From the NCBI GenBank assembly GCA_963666055.2, contig CAXWPH010000014.1:512001-576000 (forward strand): a stretch of DNA of 64,000 bases. Reading direction: 5' to 3'. Positions within the stretch are counted from its first letter, which is position 1, and each line of letters begins with the position of its first letter. This document shows, one piece after another, positions 9,737 through 18,100 of this stretch. The DNA is from Acidobacteriota bacterium. Lineage in GTDB: Bacteria > Acidobacteriota > UBA890 > WLXD01. The notes below the pieces were generated by a model that saw only the letters and a list, made by a program, of their open reading frames with translations, made no database searches and was not told the origin of the DNA. Made by a program: the position numbers and the translations under genes.

Positions 9737-10399
9737 ATGGGACCGCGACCGTTCGAGCCGACATTCGAGAGCTTACCGGGGGTGCTTCCGGTTTTTCCGT
9801 TGTCCGGTGCCCTCCTACTGCCGCGCTGCCGTCTCCCCCTCAACATCTTCGAGCCGCGCTACTTGCAGATGACCGAAGATGCGCTGGCCGGCGATCGTTT
9901 CATCGGCATGGTGCAGCCGCGCGATCCTGAACCGTTCGACCATCGCCCCGATATCTTCCCCACAGGCTGTGCGGGGCGCATCAGCTCCTTCAGCAAAACC
10001 GACGACGGCCGCATGCTGATTATCCTGACCGGGGTCAGCCGCTTCGACGTCGAGTCAGAGCTCGGTACCGACTCGCCGTATCGTCAGATAGTGCCGCGTT
10101 GGGACAGATATCGCTCGGATCTGATCGAGCAAGCCGACGGCGCCATCGATCGAGAGCGGCTCTACGCCTCGCTGCGTGTGTACTTCGAGTCGCGCGATCT
10201 CGACACCGATTGGGAGATGCTCGAGGAGGCCACCGACGAGCACCTGATCAACTCGTTGGCGATGTCTTGTCCTTTCGGCCCTTCCGAAAGGCAGGCTCTG
10301 CTCGAGGCCGGTGATGTGACCGAGCGTGGCCGCCTGATGCTCGCGCTCCTCGACATGGCAACCCTCGATCAGGTGGGCGGCGAGCTGCCGCTGCAGTAG
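9737..10399 (+). CDS. LON peptidase substrate-binding (N-terminal) domain protein
   Basis: LPVFPLSGALLLPRCRLPLNIFEPRYLQM...ERQALLEA. Confidence 0.92.
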   Translation: MGPRPFEPTFESLPGVLPVFPLSGALLLPRCRLPLNIFEPRYLQMTEDALAGDRFIGMVQPRDPEPFDHRPDIFPTGCAGRISSFSKTDDGRMLIILTGVSRFDVESELGTDSPYRQIVPRWDRYRSDLIEQADGAIDRERLYASLRVYFESRDLDTDWEMLEEATDEHLINSLAMSCPFGPSERQALLEAGDVTERGRLMLALLDMATLDQVGGELPLQ

Positions 10400-10417
10400 T
10401 TCAGGGCTCCAAACTTC

Positions 10418-11938
10418 TTACCGGCGGACGTTTTGGCGTTTTCGCAAAACCTGCCCCGGCCGCGCCCCGGTTGGCGCGCCGTCACGCCACACCAGCTCAC
10501 CGCCGACCCAGACGTACTCGATCCCGGTCGACAACAGCTCGGGCTCCTCGAACGTGCTGCGATCGCCTACCGTTCCGGGGTCGAAAGCCACCAGGTCGGC
10601 AATCGCGCCGCGCCGTACCACGCCGCGCTGCTCGAGCCCAAGGCGCTGCGCCGGCATGGAGGTCATCTTGTGCACGGCTAGCTCCAGCGACATCACCTGC
10701 TCGTCGCGGACGTAGCGCCCCAAGACGCGGGGGAAGGTGCCGGCGCCACGCGGATGGGCGCTGCCGATGCCGCCATCGCTGCACACCATGACCAACGGAC
10801 TGGCGGCGAACCGGTCGACGTCTTCGAGCTTCATGGTGTGGCCGATCACGCCGCCGCCGCCGGCCTCCATCATCTCGATGTACATTTCGACCGGGGTCTT
10901 GTTCTTAAGCTCGGCGATCTCGTCGAGCCGCAATCCTTCTACTGACGGGTCGGGTTCGTAGCGCGTTACCTGTATCCGGTTGGCACCGCCCAGCGCCGCG
11001 AGCCCTTCGGCAACGGCTTCCGGATCGCTGAAGCGGCGCGAGCGCACGACGATCGACAGCGACGAGGCCCAGGCCGGGTAGGGATACCAATCGGCCGTGA
11101 TGTCAAGGCCGCTCTGGCGCGCCGCGGCGAGCTTGTCGAGCGCCTCCTCCGATCGATCCCAAACGCTGGCGTTGCCCATCTTGATGTGTGAGATCTGCAC
11201 CGGCAGGCCGCCTTCAAACCCGATCCGAATGACTTCGTCGATGGCGTCCATGACGGTCTCTTCCTCGTCGCGCATGTGAGACATGTAAAAGCCGCCGAAG
11301 CCTGCGGCTACCTCGGCCAGTGCGATCAGCTCTTCGGTGCTCGAGTAGAAGCCGGGGTCGTATTCCAGGCCGCTCGACAGGCCGAAGGCGCCTTCTTCCA
11401 TGCCGGTACGGATGAGCTCGGCCATCTGCGTTACTTCCTGCGCCGTGGCCTGGCGCTTGAAGTCGTCGCCCATTACCTGACGGCGCGCCGTGCCGTGTCC
11501 GACCAAGGTGGCCACGTTGACCACCGGCTGCGCCGCCTCGACCTGGCGCAAGTATTCACCGACCGGCCACTGCGAGCCGCCGTCGGCGCCGCCGACGATG
11601 GTGGTGAGCCCCTGGGAGATCAGCGCCTCGGCTTGAGGTTGCCGAATGATGGCGCGGTCCGAGTGGTTGTGAATGTCGATGAATCCGGGCGCCAGCACGA
11701 GGCCGTCGAGGTCGATGACGCTCGGATTGTCACCCGGTTCCATGCGCCTGCCTTCCTCGACGCTGACGATGCGCCCGTTCTCGATCACCACGTGGCCGGT
11801 GAACGGGCGACTGTTCAGGCCGTCGACGATCGTCGCGTTGATCAGCAGCACACGGCCCTGCTGCGCGGCGCCGGAGCCGGTGATCGTGAGCACCGCGATG
11901 AACAGGCCGATGAGAATTCTGACGCTGTTAGGTCGCAT
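10418..11938 (-). CDS. Secreted N-acyl-D-amino-acid deacylase (amidohydrolase)
   Basis: Signal peptide, APGFIDIHNHSD, GLSSGLEY, SHMRDE, CSDG, HPRGAGTFPRVLG. Confidence 0.92.
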   Translation of the reverse strand: MRPNSVRILIGLFIAVLTITGSGAAQQGRVLLINATIVDGLNSRPFTGHVVIENGRIVSVEEGRRMEPGDNPSVIDLDGLVLAPGFIDIHNHSDRAIIRQPQAEALISQGLTTIVGGADGGSQWPVGEYLRQVEAAQPVVNVATLVGHGTARRQVMGDDFKRQATAQEVTQMAELIRTGMEEGAFGLSSGLEYDPGFYSSTEELIALAEVAAGFGGFYMSHMRDEEETVMDAIDEVIRIGFEGGLPVQISHIKMGNASVWDRSEEALDKLAAARQSGLDITADWYPYPAWASSLSIVVRSRRFSDPEAVAEGLAALGGANRIQVTRYEPDPSVEGLRLDEIAELKNKTPVEMYIEMMEAGGGGVIGHTMKLEDVDRFAASPLVMVCSDGGIGSAHPRGAGTFPRVLGRYVRDEQVMSLELAVHKMTSMPAQRLGLEQRGVVRRGAIADLVAFDPGTVGDRSTFEEPELLSTGIEYVWVGGELVWRDGAPTGARPGQVLRKRQNVRR

Positions 11939-12190
11939 CGAGATTGTCTCCCGGGTAATTCGATTGTTGCTCGGGCACGAGTCTGCGTGGCGTTGGAGGC
12001 TTGCGCAAGGGGGGCGCGGCGCGCCGCGGAAAGGTCGTCGGCTACCGCACCGGGCGGCAGCCCGATATCCTTGTAAAAAGCAGCCTCAAGCGCCCGTCCG
12101 CCGAGGCCCCACCCTTTATATTCGAGCCGTACTTCATACGTCCCGGGCGATTTGGACACGCGTTTCTCATGATGGCTGGAGTTCTTCATT

Positions 12191-15100
12191 TTGGAGCAGA
12201 ACCGCTTTGACGTCATCGTCGTAGGCGGTGGCCCTGCCGGTATCACCGCTGCAACCGCACTCGGCCGCGCCGGGTTCTCGGTACTCGTTTGCGAGGCGGC
12301 GGTGTATCCAGGAGCCGAGAACTGGTCCGGCGCCGTTTATTTCGCCGAGAACATCGAGGCTCCGGAGGCCTTCGGCCGGGCGGCGATCGAAAGCGGTCCC
12401 ATTGAGCGCCCGCTCGTCGAGCGTGGCTTCTACTCCTACAACGGCCACTCGATGTTGGGCGCGGCACTGCGCGACCCGAAGGTGTTCCGCTCCTGCTACA
12501 CGGTTCTGCGGCCGGTTTTTGACCGCTACCTCGCTGAGCTTGCCCGCGAGCACGGCGTCGTGTTGCTGTGCGAGACCACCGTCCAGAGCCTGATCCGCCA
12601 CCAGGGCCGCATCATCGGCGTGCACACCGAGCGCGGTCCGGCCTATGCCGATGTCGTGTTCCTGGCCGAGGGCGACGCCTCGCACCTGGTGACGCAGGAG
12701 GGCTACGAGCGCGTCGGTCCGGACGCCGGCGAGGGGGGATCGGAGAGCGGCCCGCACTTCCTGCAGGGCGTGAAGGAAGTCGTTTCGCTGTCGCCCGAGA
12801 TCATCGAGGAGCGTTTCGGGCTGCCGGCCGGGGGCGGCGGCGCCTACGAAATACTGCTGCGCAACGGCACACGCCATGGCCGCACCGTGCGCCTCAACAT
12901 GGGTGGCTTCATCTACACCAATCGCGACAGCTTGTCACTGGGATTCGTGCTGCCTGTCGATAACCTGGCGGAGAATTTCGACGGCGACCACAACCTGCTG
13001 ATGGAGTGGTTCAAGGGGCTGCCGGAGATCGAGCGCTGGATTGACGGCGGCGAAGTAACTTCCTACGGCGCGAAGATCATCCGCGGCGGCGGCTTGCGTG
13101 AGATCCCGCGGCTGATCGACGATGGCCTGGCGATCGGCGGCGCCGCCAGCGGCATCGGCCTCGACTTTCCGTACCCCAACTTCACCGGCCCGGCGACGGC
13201 GATGGGCCTCTTGTTCGCCGCCGCTGTGCAGAAGATCGCCGCCGACAACGGCGGTCCGGGCGGCGGTTCCGGCGACTGTCCGTTCAGCGCCGCGGCGCTC
13301 GAGCAGACCTACGTCAGGCCGCTGCAGCGAACCCACTACTACCGCAACGTCGAGCGCCTCGCCGACTGGCCCGGGTACATCGAGCGCACCCGTTTCTTCT
13401 TCGATCAGCAGGTCGATCTCGCCAATAGCGTGGCGTTCATCGTGTCGCGTCCCGACATCTCCGCGCCGCGTCGCTGGTGGGAGGCGCTGCGCCTCGAGCG
13501 CCGGCTCATCGTGACCAAGCACTTCAAGAGCGTGCTTGCTGACTTGCGGGAGAATTCCGGGGCCCTCGGCCTCGGGCGGGCCGCCCGGGAGGGTTTTGGT
13601 ATCGGCACACCCGTGCGCTGGTTGTTCAACACCGTCTCAGCCTTGTTGCCGAGCCGCCGCACATCCATTGGCGGCGACAAGTCAACGGGTGTTGCGATCG
13701 CCACCACGCCCGGTGGCGGCGAGTTTCGTGTGACGTATCGGGTCCTGGCGGGCGCCGAGGTGCCCGGTCGTTTGCCGCTCGTTGCCCGGTGGTACTGGAA
13801 ACGCTTCGGCCCGGCGATGGGCGATGCCTTCGCCGACGTCTACACGAACGACGACGAGCCGCTGGATACCAAGTTGCCGCGTGCCTTGGGTCGTTTGATC
13901 GACCAGTTTTCCGCGTGGGATGCGGTGCTGTCCGTCGTCTCCTTGGTGGCGGGAGCCCTGACCTTGCTGGCCCAGTCTTCGATCGAGTGGTTCCAGTACG
14001 CCGTGCTGAAGAAGGATCTGTCGGCGTTTCGCGAGCAGTTCGTCGCCCGGTTGCTCGATGACAATCGCCGCCGTATCCGCCTCGATGACGACGCCGTGGA
14101 GATCAGGACGTCCTACGAGCACAAGCTCGGCACGATTCGCTATCGCGTGGGGCAGCATTCGCACATCAAAGTGCTGTGGCCCGACGATCTTGCGGCGCGT
14201 GGTGAGCTGGTCGACTCGCCGCTGTGGAACGTCTGCCCCGCCAAGGTCTACGAAGTCGATCGGAATCCGCGCGGCATGCCCGGCGTCGTCGTCAACTTCG
14301 ACAACTGTGTCAAGTGTGAGACTTGCTGGCGCGCCACCCCCGACGTGCACTGGAGTCGGGCAACGCAGCAGCGGCTGATCTACGAGACCTATACGCCGAC
14401 CCATGCCGAGCTGCGCAACTACTTGCTGACGCGGACCGAGCCGGTGGCACGTTTGCGACGGCTGCCGAGCTACTGGGAGGCGTACTGGTCGGGATCTTCC
14501 GACTTGTCGACGAGCTCCGAACAAGCGGCGCTTCTGACGGGTGTCGAGGCCGAGCTGCGTCGCTTTAGCGCGGCGCTGGACGGCTACTCACAGGCGCTCG
14601 GCGATTCGCCGCCGGCGCTGGAGCAAGGCGAGCGCTACTACCTGGAGGAACTGCTGGCCTCGGCGACGCGGCGCTTCGAAGCCGCGCGGGCGCTGTGGCA
14701 GACGGAGGCGCTGGAATCGCTGCGCGCAGCAGCCGACGGTGCGGCGGCAGTGTGGGCCGACGCCGCCGAAAGGGTGGAGGAATTGGCGCGGCACGCTGCT
14801 GCCAAGCGCTATTTCTGGTCGGACGTGGTGGGCAAGCAACTTCGCGAGCACCATGTCGAGGGACTTCTCGTTTTACTGCGGCGTGAAGCTGCCGGTGTCG
14901 ATCAACTCGCTCCGCAGCACGGGTTGCCTTCCGAACCGTGCGAGGCATGGTCGTGGATCGCCGGTTGGCCGGCCGTCGAATGCCGGCCGCTGGCATTCGA
15001 AACGCACCGCAAAACGATTCGTGACTGGTGCGACGCGCACGTCGACTCCGCCGTTCTCAACCGGCTCGAGGAGGGGCTGCCGATCAGCACGGAACTTCGC

Positions 15101-18100
15101 GACTGGCTTGCCGCGGAGCTCAGGACGGCGGTTGCGTCGGGGCGCGATGGCGAAACCTGGTCGGACCCGGCAAACCGCGCCACGCCGGCGACGCCCCGCT
15201 ACGGGCAGCGAGACGTATTGCTCGAGGAGCTCTCTGCGTGTGATCCGTCGTTGGCGGCACTGGCCGCCCAGCATCTGCTCGCCTGTGATCTGCTCGACGG
15301 TGTTGCGGCAGCCGATCCGACACTGATTGACAACCTGCGCGCCGGACGGCAGCTGGCGACTGTCGTATCGCAGGGAGCCATTTGCAACGAGCTGATCGTC
15401 TCGGGCAAGGCGGCGGAGGGTGTTGCCGCTGTGGCAGCCGAAGCGGGTGTCGAGCTTCACGGCGTAGCACCGTTGGTTGCTACGGCGTTGGCCGATTGGT
15501 TGCTCGTGGTGCGTGACAATCGCGGCTACCTAGTGCCGATCGATGACCCGGGAGTGAAGCTCGAGGACGTGGGTTGCATCGGGCTGGTCGGCGCCGCCGT
15601 GCGGCGGGTGATCTTCGACGGTTGCGTTGTACCGCCGGAACACCTCTTCGATGTTCCTTCGATCGACGAAAGGTCTGCCTTTACGGCGCCGGCCGTCGGC
15701 GAGCCGTTTGCTGATCTTCTGCGAATCGGCGTGCTCGATCACCTGGCAATCGTGCGGGGCGCGGGCACCTACTTGACGCAGCGTGCGCGTGAGCATGCCG
15801 CCACTCGGGTTCAGTTCCCCGATTCTTTCCAGGACGAGGCCGGCCGGGACACGATCGCCAAGTTCGGCGCCGTGAAGCGACTCATGGCCGAGATGGAAGC
15901 GCAGCGCATCCTGGTGGAGTCGCTCAGTATCATCGATCCGGGACCGACCGACGACCCGTGGATTGGTGCCGCGGTGCGCAAGGTCCTCGCCGCCGACGCC
16001 TTCGGGCCGAATCGAGGCTCGTTGGGCTACAACTGCGGCCAGGTGTTCGCTGGCACGGCATTTTCCGAAGACGACTGCATCGCCAAGTACTACCGCGACA
16101 GCAGTCCGTTCCGCTTCTTGCTCGCCCACGACGACGCGCTGCGTGTCGAGATCGGCCGCCGCCGACTTGCAGCAGTACGGCAGGGCAACTCTTTGGTCCC
16201 GCTGTCGCCGGGCGAGGCGGCGTGGCTCGGTGCCCTGGGTGACGAAGCTCCTTTGGCCGCCGCGGTGCCGCGCTGGGAGGCAGCCTGCGCCAAGATCGAC
16301 GGGTGGGCCGATAGCGTCGCGGCGGCCGACGAACCAATGGCCGAGCTCCTGTGCTTTCAAGCCGGCGGCGTGGTTGCGTCGGCGTTGGCTGTCAAGGTCT
16401 GTCTGTTGCGCACCGGTTGGCGTCTCGAGTCCGGTTTGCCTGCCCAGGCGACGCGCGCAGCGACCAACCTTCTCAACGACGAGTTCTGTGCCGCCGTTCC
16501 GGGGGTCATCGACGATGCTCAACTTCTTGCTGAAACTCTCGAAGTCGGTGACGAGACGATCATCCACGGCGATTTCGAGCCCGCCGCCGACATCGCCGAC
16601 GCGGAGCCCTATCGCGCCGTGCTCGAGACCGATCACGGTGCCGATTCCGGAGAATGGCTGGTCGGAGGTTTCGACGGCGAGCGACTCCGCTACGTGCCCG
16701 AGATCCTGTGGAACGACCCGGAGCTAGGCGCGTTTCGCGACAGGGTGGAGGCGGAGCAGCGACGGCGCTACGTCGAGCCACGCTTCGACGGGCTGACGTA
16801 CAACCGGTATCTCGAGAAGCTGCACATCGTGCCGCGCGATGATCTCGACTACCTGGTTGACGAAGGCTTCCTGCGCATGCCGATCCCGACGTCGCTCGGC
16901 GGTGAAGGGGTACTGAAGGCGCTCTACTACATCGTCTGCGAGATGACGGGTCGCTACGGCGACGCGGCGCTGTCGCTGGCCATAATGGCCAACACGAGTA
17001 TCGGCACGACGCCCATGCTCCTCGGTCTCAAACAGGACCTGCCGCGCGCCCGCGCCGAGCTCGAGAGGGTCAAGGGCGACCCGACGCTGCTCGGCGAGAT
17101 ACACGACGGCCTCGACAAGCTGATCGCCGGCATGGCGCGTCCCGATCTCGAGGCGCTGCAGCGTGACTACCTGGCGCTGATGGAGCTGGTCAAGGCGCGC
17201 ATCGTCAAGTCGAGCGTGCTCAAGTACATCGGCGGCGGCTTCCTGCGCGCTTTCTTCGCCGCCGGACAGGCCGGCGAGCAGCGTGACCTCGACAGCTTTG
17301 CCGACAACCTGCGGCAAGCCCGCGAGCGTCTCGACGAGATCCTCGAAGGTGTCGAGGACCGGCTCATCGAGTACCCGCGCCGCGAGCGGGCGCACGAGCT
17401 GTTCTTGAAGATGATCTCGGCCGGCTACATCTCGGCCTTCGCGCTCACCGAGCCGACTGCAGGATCCGACTCGGGCGGCGTGAAGACATCGGCGCGCCTT
17501 GATCGGCGGCGCGTCTATTGCGACGACGACGGCGTCCTGTACTTCTGGCTCGACGATAAGGCCGAAAGCGAACGGCGCAACCTCCTCGACGCCGACCGGG
17601 TTGGGTTCGACTTCGATCGCCACAAGATGCTCTATCGCTTCTCAGAAGACGCCGAAGCTGCGGAGATCAACCACGACGCCTTCGACTACGACAGCCGGGA
17701 GCTGCCGAGCAAGTGGCGCACCTATCGTCACGGTGATCGCGACGTTGCGTTCACCGACATCGCGCAGATTCGTGAGGATGAGGCCGGTGACCTCTGGTAC
17801 GAGTACTGGGAGCTCAACGGCGTCAAGATGTGGATCACCAACGGGCGCTTCGCCCATTGCTTCGCGCTGTACGCCACGACCGAGCCGGAGGGCGTTACCG
17901 GTTTCATGGTCGACCGCCACGCCGAGGGCATGGTGGTCGGCGCCGACGAAGAGAAGCTCGGCCAGCGTGCCTCGCCCACCAACGAGTTGTCGCTCACCGG
18001 AGTGCGCGTGCCGCGCGAGTGCATCATCGGTTTCCGCGGCCGCGGCCAGGTCAACGCCCTCGAAACGCTGAATACCGGGCGTACCGGCTTGGCGGTGACG